This document shows, one piece after another, positions 9,761 through 19,773 of a stretch of 64,000 bases of DNA; within the stretch, counting starts at the first letter, position 1, and each line of letters begins with the position of its first letter. A model generated the notes under the pieces. That model was not told where the DNA came from, searched no databases, and saw only the letters and a list, made by a program, of their open reading frames with translations. The stretch lies in IMG/VR virus record IMGVR_UViG_3300033150_002410, positions 5,947 to 69,946 of that record; one strand, given 5' to 3'. The position numbers and the translations under genes are program-made. The stretch is from a virus.

Positions 9761-10408
9761 ATGGCTGAAGAAAGAAGACTAATAGGTGATGATGGTAAAT
9801 TAGTAAGAGGCTCGCTTGGAGCAGTAGAGACTACTACATTTTCTGCTGATACGTGGTATAAGATAAAAGCAAAAGCTGCAAGTAATTCTGTGTTCGGGGA
9901 TCTCGAGATCAATGATTTTGTACGTTTTCCTATTGATGTTTCCGCTGCTTCTGGAGACGAAGCTTATTCGCTTACAGAAACCGACCTGGTAGACCTTTCC
10001 GGATGGTCATTAAGCTTAAGTGGAGATGAAGTGGAAGTTACAGTATTAGCTGATAAGTTCAAGAAGTACAGGAAAGGTAAACTTGATGCAAATGGCACTG
10101 CTTCTTTTGTATTTATTAAAGGAGAAACGGATCAGGCCAACAGTCTTTCCAATTACTTTTTCGACAATGTAGAGATTGCTGCTGATGGTACAGTAACCAA
10201 GACGGATAAACTGGAAAGTGCTTTATATCTGGTAGGATATCTTGATGATACTACAACGAGCGGTGAAGTTATGCTTGCTACGGTTATGGAAGTAGAGTTT
10301 TTCAACTTCGAGCTTCCTATGAACTCGTCTGAGGCTGTGAATATGGAAGTTCCGTTCAGGTTGATTGGAGACACTGATCCTATTCTTTACAGAATACATA
10401 ATGTGTAA
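9761..10408 (+). CDS. major tail tube protein
   Basis: WSLSLSGDEVEVT...KKYRKGKLDANGT tube-protein pattern; synteny. Confidence 0.75.
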   Translation: MAEERRLIGDDGKLVRGSLGAVETTTFSADTWYKIKAKAASNSVFGDLEINDFVRFPIDVSAASGDEAYSLTETDLVDLSGWSLSLSGDEVEVTVLADKFKKYRKGKLDANGTASFVFIKGETDQANSLSNYFFDNVEIAADGTVTKTDKLESALYLVGYLDDTTTSGEVMLATVMEVEFFNFELPMNSSEAVNMEVPFRLIGDTDPILYRIHNV

Positions 10409-10437
10409 TAAACAAAAAATTTAATAAGGGGTAAAAT

Positions 10438-10824
10438 ATGAACATTTCTATTTCTTTACAAAGAGAGTTTGTGCCGGAATGGAACAATAACAAGGAATCG
10501 GAAGACCCAATTGTTGTTGTCTATAAGGCTCCTACTATGAACTTACGACAGCAACTTATTCCTAATCCCAAGATTGTGTTGAAAATATCTCCTGATGGTA
10601 AAGCAGAAGGAGGAGAAACTACAATTGAAGTTGACAATCGAAAAATAATCTATGGGATGCTGGAAGAAATAAAGAATCTAACATTAACAGTTGATGGGAA
10701 AGAAAAAGAAATAAGAACAGCTAATGACCTTTATAGCGGGCCCGCTTTTCTGGGTGGTTTGGTTGATGAAATAGGAGCTTTTTTTCAGAAGGAATTGAGT
10801 AAAAGTGTAGACGTAAAAAACTAG
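10438..10824 (+). CDS. tail assembly chaperone (gpG-like)
   Basis: Lies between tail tube and tape measure; ends in a slippery heptamer. Confidence 0.8.
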   Translation: MNISISLQREFVPEWNNNKESEDPIVVVYKAPTMNLRQQLIPNPKIVLKISPDGKAEGGETTIEVDNRKIIYGMLEEIKNLTLTVDGKEKEIRTANDLYSGPAFLGGLVDEIGAFFQKELSKSVDVKN

Positions 10825-10858
10825 CGATTGCTTACCGCTTATATTATAGCGGTAAGCA
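10815..10858 (+). promoter_or_regulatory. programmed -1 frameshift signal
   Basis: A AAA AAC at 10815-10821, 7-nt spacer, 11-bp stem TGCTTACCGCT/AGCGGTAAGCA. Confidence 0.85.
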
Positions 10859-11189
10859 TAACTATAAACCTAAGAAAGGAAGAGAGGAAGTTCCTCAATT
10901 AGCATGGAGAGGCATTGTAGTAAGAGCTAGGGATATTCCCAAGTATTGTAATGATGATTTCTATACTGTTTTGTTCTACTGGCACACTTCTAAAATATAT
11001 GGGTTGCCTAATGGTAATATCGGATGGGCTAATGAACCCATCGATCTTGTTCTTTCCCTGATGATTCTGGAATCGGAACACAATAATATTGTTAATGAAG
11101 AGATAGAAAAGAAAAAAAGAGATTGGCAGAAAAATAATTATCAAGGAAAGAGAGCAAAAAATATCAGTAGATTCAGGAGAAAACTATAG
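10821..11189 (+). CDS. frameshift extension of tail chaperone (gpT-like)
   Basis: The -1 frame is open from the slippery site (LAIAYRLYY...) into the 10971-11189 ORF. Confidence 0.8.
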   Translation, partial: LAIAYRLYYSGKHNYKPKKGREEVPQLAWRGIVVRARDIPKYCNDDFYTVLFYWHTSKIYGLPNGNIGWANEPIDLVLSLMILESEHNNIVNEEIEKKKRDWQKNNYQGKRAKNISRFRRKL

Positions 11190-14100
11190 ATGCCTGCTGG
11201 AATATCTGAAGAATATGTAGTTACATTAAAAGCTCAAGTTTCTAATGCCATAAAATCTTTGCGTTTATTTGAAAAGGAATTAGATAAATCTGTAGATAAA
11301 TCCGGTAAGGGAACCGGGGATATTGAAAAACAAACAAAAAAGATGTCTTCCAATGTAGTCCGCTATATTGGAAGCATAGCTCAGGCCTACGTAGGCATGA
11401 GAACCTTAATTGAAGGTATTGATTTCAATGTGTTTATTGAAAAAAATAGAGTTGCTTTTGGTGTAATGTTGAGAGACATTGATTATGCCAATCAAAAGAT
11501 ACGTGAGTTGAGAGATTTTGCTTTAACGATTCCTTTTACATTTAAAGAAGTAGTAGCCGGCGCCAGACAGTTATTAGCCTATGGTTTCGCTGCTGAGGAT
11601 CTTACGAAGAACTTAAGAATGTTGGGACAAGTTTCTTATGCTCTATCCATTCCTCTTGGTGATTTGATATACATATATGGTACATTAAGAAGCCAGAACC
11701 AGGCTTATGCCAGAGATTTAATGCAATTTGGTATGAGAGGTATTCCAATATACAAATCTCTTGCAGAAATTCTTAATGTCAATGAGAAACAGATAAAAAA
11801 GATGGTAGAACAAGCAAAGGTTGGTTTCAAAGATGTTGAAAAAGCTTTTATGTATATGACAGGTAAAGGCGGACAGTTTGAGGGTATGTTGCAGAAAGCT
11901 ATGGAAACTTTCATGGGAATGAGCAACATATTGAAAGGTGTTCTACAAATATGGCTTGGTGCTCTTACTGAAGGAATATTTGAATCGTTGAAAGAGGCTA
12001 TTGCTAATCTTATTACTATTTTTAAGACCAGTGAGCAGTCTGCCAGAAAGTTTGGTAATGTCATAGGAACTATTTTCAATAATGTAATAAACACTTTTCT
12101 AGGATTACTTACTGTTCTCAGTAAAATACCTCCATCTATATATATAATAGTCACTGCAATGATAGGAGGCTACGGATTAACGAAGGCTATAGCTGCTATT
12201 GCTTCTTCTCTGCATTTGTTAAAAGGAGCATTTACATTATTCTCTCCTCAAGGAATGATAATTGCCGGGCTTAGTGCTGCTTTGGTATTGATTACAAGTA
12301 TTATAGGAAGGATAAGACAAGCAAAAATAGAAGCTCAAAGAGTAGCTGAAGATCTCGGAAAAGAGTTGAAAAAAAGCTTGTTAATGGAAGGACAATATGG
12401 AGCTGTAGCCGGTGTTTCAAAAAAGATATATGAATGGGGAAAAAGAACAGGAGAATGGGATAGGGTATTAGAAACGGCAGAAAAGATAGCCAAGATAGAG
12501 GAGCGAATAGTTGAAATAGAGGAGATTCGTCAAAGAACGGGTCTTTTTGCCGGGCCGAAAAAGAGGGCCCTTGAAAATATATCTGCTTTTATCAAGGCGG
12601 TAACTGATTATCAAGATAAACTCAGAGAAACAGTAAATTTACATAAAGCTGCAGGAAAGAGTGTTGAAGATTTCGGTTATGTATTACGTCTAGCCCTGCA
12701 AAATATAGGGAAAGATGCCAGTCGTGTGAAAAAAACATATTATGAGGTGTTCAAAGCAGCAGAGAAAATAATTCCGGAAGAAGAAATGAATCAAATCAAT
12801 GAGTTGAGTGATAGATTAAGCTTACTCACTCAGAGATATGATCTACTTTCTGAAAGGATGAAAGAAGGTACCAAGGAAAGTAGAGTTGTTATAGAAAGGG
12901 AACTAGGAGCCACGAAGGATAATATAGAGGATACTTTGGGGGCTATTTTTGAATTGTTCAGGAAATATGGCGCTGATACTTCTTATTTATATGAGGAAAT
13001 AAGGAAACTGGAAGAAGCATTAGTTGGTGTTGTAGAAGGAAAAGCTTTTCCGGAGTGGGCTAAGTGGGTAGAAGATACTTTAAAAGTGCCAATTGAGGAG
13101 TTTCGCAGGACTTTGGATTCTGGAGAAGTTCGTTATTTAGGAGCCTTAGCAGGAAAGATATTTGTTACACCATTGGAAGATAGTGTAGAAGCATCAAAGA
13201 AATTATCTGGTGTTCTGGGTGAAAATACGGTATATGTTGAAACGATGCAAAAAGCCGTAAGCCTGGTAAGAGATATGCTCCTTCAAATGGTTTCTGCAAC
13301 TGATTCTTTAGGCAGAAAAATGTTCAGTTTTGAAAAGGTTTTTGATAAGGAAGGGAATCTGGTAAGATATGGAGATAGAATTGTAGATGTACTGGTCAGA
13401 TTTTACTTGAAATATAAACAGGTACTTGATACCTTGCAGGGGGATAATGAAGAGGCAGCGGAAAAATGGTTGGATGATTGGACAAAATCATTCGATAAAT
13501 TCTGTGATAATTATAAACAATATGTAGCAGAACGTACCGGTACAGAAATTCTATTAGAAAGAGGAAAACAAGCTGTTCTTGCCAGAGAAATATCGGAGAT
13601 GACAAAAGCTCAATTTGAATTGGCAAAGAAATATATCATGGAAAAGTATGGTATAGAAGTTCAGAACGCGGAAGATTTACACAGATTACTTATGGATATG
13701 TTGAGAGAAGAATATGATTACAGGGAAAGGATGATCAGGTTGGAAAGGGAACAAGCTGCAGGTGATATACTTGAAGCAATAGGAAAGAGAAACAGGTATG
13801 AACAAGCATATATAGATTTATTGAGAGAAAGATTACAGTATTTAGTAGAGTCTAATATTTTATCACAAAAGGAACTGGATAATTACGTTGCCATTATGGC
13901 CAGGCAAAGAGATATAGATGAGGAAGTCAAAGCTCAGCAGATAATTTTCAATATAACTAAAGATAGAGAGAAACTTACCAGAGCTGAATTGGAAATAGAA
14001 AGATCAAGGTTACAGTATCTTGTAAGTGAAAACAGATTAACACAAGAACAATTGGATATGTATATAGAAATACTCAATGTTGAAAAACAGAGAGAGGAAA

Positions 14101-15413
14101 TAAGAGCCAAAGCTTCACGATATGAAGAAATGAAGGGTGGGGATCCTCTGTATTGGGAAAACATGAAAGCTTCCTTTGTTGATGCCGTAAATGAAGGAGG
14201 AGCTGATCTGGTTGATTATGCTAAAGCTGCAAGTGCAGAAGCTTTAGCTAATACTGAATTAGGAGCTCTCATAGCCGGAGCTGATCCCATTTTACAATTG
14301 ATTTCAGCCTTTACAGAAGCTGCTATGGAAATTGAAGAGTTTAGTGAAGTAATGAACTGGGCTACTACAATAGCACAGAAGGCAAAAGAATTTTTTGGAA
14401 AGCCTCTTGCTAAAGCATTAGAACCCGTAGTCAGATTACTAGAGGCTGTGGGAGAAGTTCTTGGGGGAGTATTGTCTCCTATTATTGAAATATTAGGTAT
14501 CAGGATAAAAATATTTGCTGATATTTTGTATACAGTTATCAAATTCATTTACAATGTAATAATAGTAAATGTTTTCAATTTGATAATAACCGTAATAAAT
14601 GCTTTTATAACAGTAATCAATACTGTTCTGGAAGCTATTGGTATGGAAACCATTCCTTTGATTAATAAACTTCAAAAAATAATAGAAGAAACAGTGAGTG
14701 ATCAACAAGACTTGGCTGATCAGATAAATCATGTAAAAGATATTCTTAATTATTTGTATAGAGAACTAGAGAAAATATACAGGAAAGAAATAGAATCTCT
14801 TAGAGATTTATACGAAGTTGGTGTTATAAGTGCTTCTCAGTATGAAGAGGCAGTAAAAGACCTCAATGAGAAATATGGAGATATTATAGATAAAGTACCG
14901 GAGGAAGTCAAAAACATAGATAAAAATGTTGATGCTATTCTGGCAGAGATAGATAAATGGGAAAAAATTCTAGCTATTCTGGAAGGTAAAGACAGAGAAG
15001 AAGGAAAAGAAGAACCGCCTCCTCCAATATCAAAAGAAGTGTTTGATGCTATAAAAAAAGAAAAACCACAAGAAAAGAGTATTAAAGAAGAAGAAGAAAA
15101 GACATTTCTTGATAGAATTTTTTCACCTATTGTTTCTCTCTTTAAAAATATAGGAAAGAAACAAACAGGCTCTTTCAATATCCCTAGAAATGAGCTGGAT
15201 TATCTGCATAAAGGAGAGATGGTTATTCCTAAGGATTTTGCTGATGCAATAAGAAGTGGAAAATTATCTCTAACCAGTGGGGAAAATGTACAAAGTCCCA
15301 TAAATAATTATTATATTAATATAGAGGGTACAGTTATAGAAGAAAGAAATCTGGTAAGAGCTATAGCGGAAGCCACAGAAAAACAGAAGAGAAGAGGGTA
15401 TATCAGTGTCTAA
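11190..15413 (+). CDS. tape measure protein
   Basis: 1407 aa, helical; PFTFKEV..GARQLLAYG and QFGMRGIPIY tape-measure N-domain; hydrophobic segments. Confidence 0.93.
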   Translation: MPAGISEEYVVTLKAQVSNAIKSLRLFEKELDKSVDKSGKGTGDIEKQTKKMSSNVVRYIGSIAQAYVGMRTLIEGIDFNVFIEKNRVAFGVMLRDIDYANQKIRELRDFALTIPFTFKEVVAGARQLLAYGFAAEDLTKNLRMLGQVSYALSIPLGDLIYIYGTLRSQNQAYARDLMQFGMRGIPIYKSLAEILNVNEKQIKKMVEQAKVGFKDVEKAFMYMTGKGGQFEGMLQKAMETFMGMSNILKGVLQIWLGALTEGIFESLKEAIANLITIFKTSEQSARKFGNVIGTIFNNVINTFLGLLTVLSKIPPSIYIIVTAMIGGYGLTKAIAAIASSLHLLKGAFTLFSPQGMIIAGLSAALVLITSIIGRIRQAKIEAQRVAEDLGKELKKSLLMEGQYGAVAGVSKKIYEWGKRTGEWDRVLETAEKIAKIEERIVEIEEIRQRTGLFAGPKKRALENISAFIKAVTDYQDKLRETVNLHKAAGKSVEDFGYVLRLALQNIGKDASRVKKTYYEVFKAAEKIIPEEEMNQINELSDRLSLLTQRYDLLSERMKEGTKESRVVIERELGATKDNIEDTLGAIFELFRKYGADTSYLYEEIRKLEEALVGVVEGKAFPEWAKWVEDTLKVPIEEFRRTLDSGEVRYLGALAGKIFVTPLEDSVEASKKLSGVLGENTVYVETMQKAVSLVRDMLLQMVSATDSLGRKMFSFEKVFDKEGNLVRYGDRIVDVLVRFYLKYKQVLDTLQGDNEEAAEKWLDDWTKSFDKFCDNYKQYVAERTGTEILLERGKQAVLAREISEMTKAQFELAKKYIMEKYGIEVQNAEDLHRLLMDMLREEYDYRERMIRLEREQAAGDILEAIGKRNRYEQAYIDLLRERLQYLVESNILSQKELDNYVAIMARQRDIDEEVKAQQIIFNITKDREKLTRAELEIERSRLQYLVSENRLTQEQLDMYIEILNVEKQREEIRAKASRYEEMKGGDPLYWENMKASFVDAVNEGGADLVDYAKAASAEALANTELGALIAGADPILQLISAFTEAAMEIEEFSEVMNWATTIAQKAKEFFGKPLAKALEPVVRLLEAVGEVLGGVLSPIIEILGIRIKIFADILYTVIKFIYNVIIVNVFNLIITVINAFITVINTVLEAIGMETIPLINKLQKIIEETVSDQQDLADQINHVKDILNYLYRELEKIYRKEIESLRDLYEVGVISASQYEEAVKDLNEKYGDIIDKVPEEVKNIDKNVDAILAEIDKWEKILAILEGKDREEGKEEPPPPISKEVFDAIKKEKPQEKSIKEEEEKTFLDRIFSPIVSLFKNIGKKQTGSFNIPRNELDYLHKGEMVIPKDFADAIRSGKLSLTSGENVQSPINNYYINIEGTVIEERNLVRAIAEATEKQKRRGYISV

Positions 15414-18400
15414 AACTGTATATTTCAATTTTCAAGATGGAAATGGTTGGCAAGACTACTCTCATCTTGTAAGAGATGATTTAGTTATAATAAGAAGAGC
15501 TTTTTCTGATGATTTTCGTTTTGCCAACAACGCTGTCAGTTTTACTGTAAATTATGATCCTACTTTATTCGCTTATCTCTTGGCTCCAACTAAGGATGTT
15601 CTGGTACGAGTTAAAGACGGAGCTACCTATCTTTTTACCGGTTATATTCCTCCTACAATGGAAAGGGTATATGATGGTTATTATAAAACAATGCAATTGA
15701 AAATAGAAGCTATTGACTATACTGATTTTCTAAAGGAAGCCGTAGGTGATATTTCCTACGAAGATAAGAAGATAATGGATCCATCTGATACTGCTAATTC
15801 TTTAGTGCATTTGATATTTGGTCTTATTGATCTTGACTCTTCCTATGGAGAGTTTATAGATAGAGGAAACTGTGAATCGTCAGTACCTCCTATGGTCAGG
15901 GATGAGGTAAGTCCTATAACTGATAATTGCACTTGGGAAAGATCAGATGAACAGGCTTATGAAGGTAGTTATAGTTGGAAAATGACTGTAACTACTGGTG
16001 GCACACGAGCAGTTGCAGATTTTGTTGATGGAAATAATCCTGCCGATTTGCATGGGCTGTTGCCGGGTAAAAAATACAAAATATCTTGTAGAGTATATAT
16101 CCCATCTTCAGGAGGACCTAGTAATCCGAATGAAGTAGCATTAAGAATCTATGAATATTATTCAGGGGGTTGGCATATAAATCAAGTTATAGCATCAATT
16201 CAAGATTCTTGGGAGTTACTGGATTTAGGAGAAATTACAATAAATTCAAATGCTACGGGAGTTGTACTAAGAATTTGGATATATTCCACAGTTTCTTCTG
16301 GTGAATATATTTATGTTGATGATGTACATTGTCAGTTTGAAGAAGAAAATATAGATAACAGTAAAAGCATAACAACAACAGTGGAAGCTGTTACTTCTCT
16401 CTCCGAGAACGAGACAGCATTAACTATTCTTAGCGATCTTCTTTATGAACATGGTTATGCAGTCAATTGGAATGAAGAGGGGAAATTCTCTCCCTTACAA
16501 TGGAACAAAAGCGCCGGCTCTTCTCCTACTCATACATTCGATGATAATAATATTGTAGAAAAAATAAAAAAAGAGGATAAGGATAACAGGCTTTATTTTG
16601 GTGTAAACATAAAGTGGTATGAAATAGGAGAAAAGGATAATGTTCTTCTTTATAGAGCAGATACTCCTTATGATGAGGACACCAATTTGTTTCTTGGTTA
16701 TACCATATTAAACGGTTATTATTATCCTGTAGAGGCCAATGTAGATGATCCGATTACCGGACAGAAGCAAGTTGTCTATCAGGAATATACAGACAGAGGG
16801 ATAAAATATCTAACTAATCCAGTAATAGAAGGAGAGCTGGATTTTAATCCCGAAGCTTTTGAAAGTGATTTCAGTGAAATACTGATAACCAAAAACCATT
16901 CACTTGACATCAATTATGATGGTTACCCTGGTACAGATATTATAACAGTAGAAGAGTATTACAATAAAAAAGCAAGGATCCTGCTGTATAATGATACAGG
17001 CTCGAACATAGATTTATATTACTTGAATATTTACGGAACTGTAGTATACAAAACAAGTGAAAGAGAATCTAAAATAAGATTAAGTTCTGTTGCCAGAAGA
17101 GGAGTAAATACTGAAAATCTTCTTAAATATACAGCCAGGTTCTTATTTACCAGTTCTAAGGCAGAATCTCTGGCAAAAGGACTAGCCAAGAATATAGAAA
17201 AAGGAAACAGATATTATTTTTTTAGTAGTGAAGATGAAGTTGCTGTTGGTGATCTTGTTACTATAGATACTGAGTATGAGGATGATACTGCTATTATCAT
17301 TGAAAGAATCTATGATGAACAGACCGAGGTTTATTCTTATTATGCCAAGAGGTATGATGTTTCCTATTCTAGTTTATCGGAACTAAGACAAAGATTGTTA
17401 CACTCACTTCCTCCTGATCCAATAAAGATGGTACAAATAGTCCCTCCTTATGAGAATATACAAACGGCTATTGATATTCTAGCTTCAAATTCCAATGGTG
17501 GTACTATATATTTGACCGCCGGGGATTATTACCTGACTAATACATTAATACAGAAATCTAATGTTGTAATAAAAGGAAGGGGAGACAGAACAATAATTCA
17601 TGGGCAGACAGGAAGTGATGATGTTATAAGAATGGAAGACAGTAATGTAACGGGGGCTTCTATTGAAGATGTTAAAATAGTAAACGATGAAGCAGAAGAA
17701 TATATAAAATATCTTGTTAATTTTAATGGTGCTGTTTCTTGCCGATTAAAGAGTTGTTCATTGGATTTCACTAAATGCCTAGGCGTCCGATTAAATGGTG
17801 ATTCCGGAGGGGTAATTAATAATAAGTTGTTAGGTGGTAAGATTAAAGATATATGGCAGAAAGGGGCTAAAGCAACTTTTAATCCAGTAACTACTAGTTA
17901 TATATCCATTACAGCTCTCTCCTCTACAAAAATAGCTATTGTTTATAGAGACCCTGGTAATTCCAATTACGGAACAGCAATTATAGGAGATATATCAGGA
18001 ACAACAATTACTTTTGGTTCTGAATATGTATTCAATTCAGCGCATACAGAACATATATCAATTACGGCACTTTCTTCTACTAAAATAGCAATTGCTTATA
18101 GAGATTATGGCAATTCTAGTTATGGAACCGCTATTATAGGAGATGTTTCAGGAACTACAATTACTTTCGGATCTGAATATGTGTTTAATGCTGGAATAGC
18201 ACAAGAAATATACATAACTGCTTTATCTTCAACTAAAATAGCAATAGCTTATCAAGATTATAGCAATTCTAATTACGGAACCGCTATTATAGGAGATGTT
18301 TCAGGAACTACAATTACTTTCGGATCTGAATATGTGTTTAATGCTGCTGGGACAACTACTCCTGCTATAACAGCTCTTTCATCTACTAAAATAGCAATAG

Positions 18401-19773
18401 CTTATAGAGATTCTGGTAATTCTTATTACGGAACCGCTATTATAGGAGATGTTTCAGGAACTACAATTACTTTCGGATCTGAATATGTGTTTAATACCGG
18501 AGAAACATATAGTATAGCAATTATATCTTTATCAAGCACAAAAACAGCAATATGTTATACTGATAGGGGCAATTCTGATTATGGAACTGCTATTATAGGA
18601 GATGTTTCAGGAACAGTAATTACTTTTGGCTCGGAATATGTGTTTAATGCTGGAGCAACATCTTATGTTTCAATAACAGTCCTGTCTTCAACTAAAATAG
18701 CAATAGCTTATCAAGATGTTAATAGTTCTAATTATGGTACTATTAAATATGGTTATCTTATAGATGAAACAACTTTAATCTTTTCGGAAAAATATATTTT
18801 TAACGAGGCATCAACAAGTCATTTAGATATAACATTTCTGGAACAAAATAACGTTATATTGGCTTATGGTTCTGGGATGGCAGGCAAGGCTCAAGTAGTA
18901 ACAGGCGGAGAAGAATCTGTCCCTGTCCTTATAGACGGTGATGATAATATTTTCCACGGAAACCAGATACTAGCTATTGATGACTACTTATATACTCAGC
19001 TAGTATCAGTCCTTGTACAAGGCAAAAGAAACTCGATAGTAAATAACGTTATAAACGGCCTCGATGAACAGCAGAAAAAAATCAAATACGGCATAATTAC
19101 TACTGACACATCCAAAGATAACTTAATAGCCAACAATTCTGTCTCTAATGTAGAGAAGTGTGCAATTATGAACAGCGGAGACCGGAACACCATTGGGGGC
19201 AACAAGTGTGTAGATAATGGAGAGTTCATAGACAGATGGGATTGTGAAGAAGAAGTTGCTCCCATGGTCAGGGATGAGGTGAGTCCTTTTACTCAAAACT
19301 GCACTTGGGAAAGATCGGATGAACAGGCTTATGAAGGAAGTTATAGTTGGAAATTAATGATTACAACAGGTGGAACAAGAGCATTCGCAGATTTTGCTGA
19401 TAATAATGAGACAACTGATATGCATGGCCTTTTGGTAGGTAAAAAATATAAAATGTCCTGTAGAGTTTATGTTCCTTCTACTGGAGGGCCTAGTGCAAGT
19501 GAAGTAACTTTGATATTTTATCAATATTATTCAGGAGGATGGAAACGTACGGAAATAATACCAACTACTCAGGATGCTTGGGAATTATTGGATCTAGGGG
19601 AAATAACAATAAATCCCGATACTACGGCAATTACAATAAGAATTGATATTGACTCTACAGCCTCCTCCGGCGAATTTATTTACGTTGATGATATACACTG
19701 TCAAATTATAGGAGAACATAATGAATATGAGCACCAGTTTCAAGATTACGGTACTAATACTCAGCTTGGCTAG
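15406..19773 (+). CDS. large tail tip/receptor-binding protein (hub-like N-terminus, two CBM-like domains, beta-helix, beta-propeller)
   Basis: Follows TMP; IQTAID..GGTIYLTAGDY beta-helix cap; 51-aa repeats; duplicated AYEGSYSWK...YVDD domain. Confidence 0.8.
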   Translation: MSKTVYFNFQDGNGWQDYSHLVRDDLVIIRRAFSDDFRFANNAVSFTVNYDPTLFAYLLAPTKDVLVRVKDGATYLFTGYIPPTMERVYDGYYKTMQLKIEAIDYTDFLKEAVGDISYEDKKIMDPSDTANSLVHLIFGLIDLDSSYGEFIDRGNCESSVPPMVRDEVSPITDNCTWERSDEQAYEGSYSWKMTVTTGGTRAVADFVDGNNPADLHGLLPGKKYKISCRVYIPSSGGPSNPNEVALRIYEYYSGGWHINQVIASIQDSWELLDLGEITINSNATGVVLRIWIYSTVSSGEYIYVDDVHCQFEEENIDNSKSITTTVEAVTSLSENETALTILSDLLYEHGYAVNWNEEGKFSPLQWNKSAGSSPTHTFDDNNIVEKIKKEDKDNRLYFGVNIKWYEIGEKDNVLLYRADTPYDEDTNLFLGYTILNGYYYPVEANVDDPITGQKQVVYQEYTDRGIKYLTNPVIEGELDFNPEAFESDFSEILITKNHSLDINYDGYPGTDIITVEEYYNKKARILLYNDTGSNIDLYYLNIYGTVVYKTSERESKIRLSSVARRGVNTENLLKYTARFLFTSSKAESLAKGLAKNIEKGNRYYFFSSEDEVAVGDLVTIDTEYEDDTAIIIERIYDEQTEVYSYYAKRYDVSYSSLSELRQRLLHSLPPDPIKMVQIVPPYENIQTAIDILASNSNGGTIYLTAGDYYLTNTLIQKSNVVIKGRGDRTIIHGQTGSDDVIRMEDSNVTGASIEDVKIVNDEAEEYIKYLVNFNGAVSCRLKSCSLDFTKCLGVRLNGDSGGVINNKLLGGKIKDIWQKGAKATFNPVTTSYISITALSSTKIAIVYRDPGNSNYGTAIIGDISGTTITFGSEYVFNSAHTEHISITALSSTKIAIAYRDYGNSSYGTAIIGDVSGTTITFGSEYVFNAGIAQEIYITALSSTKIAIAYQDYSNSNYGTAIIGDVSGTTITFGSEYVFNAAGTTTPAITALSSTKIAIAYRDSGNSYYGTAIIGDVSGTTITFGSEYVFNTGETYSIAIISLSSTKTAICYTDRGNSDYGTAIIGDVSGTVITFGSEYVFNAGATSYVSITVLSSTKIAIAYQDVNSSNYGTIKYGYLIDETTLIFSEKYIFNEASTSHLDITFLEQNNVILAYGSGMAGKAQVVTGGEESVPVLIDGDDNIFHGNQILAIDDYLYTQLVSVLVQGKRNSIVNNVINGLDEQQKKIKYGIITTDTSKDNLIANNSVSNVEKCAIMNSGDRNTIGGNKCVDNGEFIDRWDCEEEVAPMVRDEVSPFTQNCTWERSDEQAYEGSYSWKLMITTGGTRAFADFADNNETTDMHGLLVGKKYKMSCRVYVPSTGGPSASEVTLIFYQYYSGGWKRTEIIPTTQDAWELLDLGEITINPDTTAITIRIDIDSTASSGEFIYVDDIHCQIIGEHNEYEHQFQDYGTNTQLG
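15847..16335 (+). repeat. CBM-like domain copy 1 (copy 2 at 19219-19704)
   Basis: GEFIDR..CE..V.PMVRDEVSP...IYVDD.HCQ occurs twice with DNA-level similarity. Confidence 0.9.
17902..18880 (+). repeat. 153-bp (51-aa) tandem repeats, 6 full + 1 degenerate
   Basis: Units start at 17902, 18055, 18208, 18361, 18514, 18667; consensus ITALSSTKIAIAY.D..NS.YGTAIIGDVSGTTITFGSEYVFN. Confidence 0.95.
19219..19704 (+). repeat. CBM-like domain copy 2
   Basis: Paralog of 15847-16335. Confidence 0.9.

Noticed and set aside
13800-14070. Repeat RLQYLV..N.L.Q..LD.Y in the tape measure protein
   Set aside because: Internal repeats are ordinary for tape measure proteins
15847-19704. Diversity-generating retroelement TR/VR pair
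   Set aside because: Both copies are coding, differences are not adenine-specific and include an indel, and no reverse transcriptase is in the window
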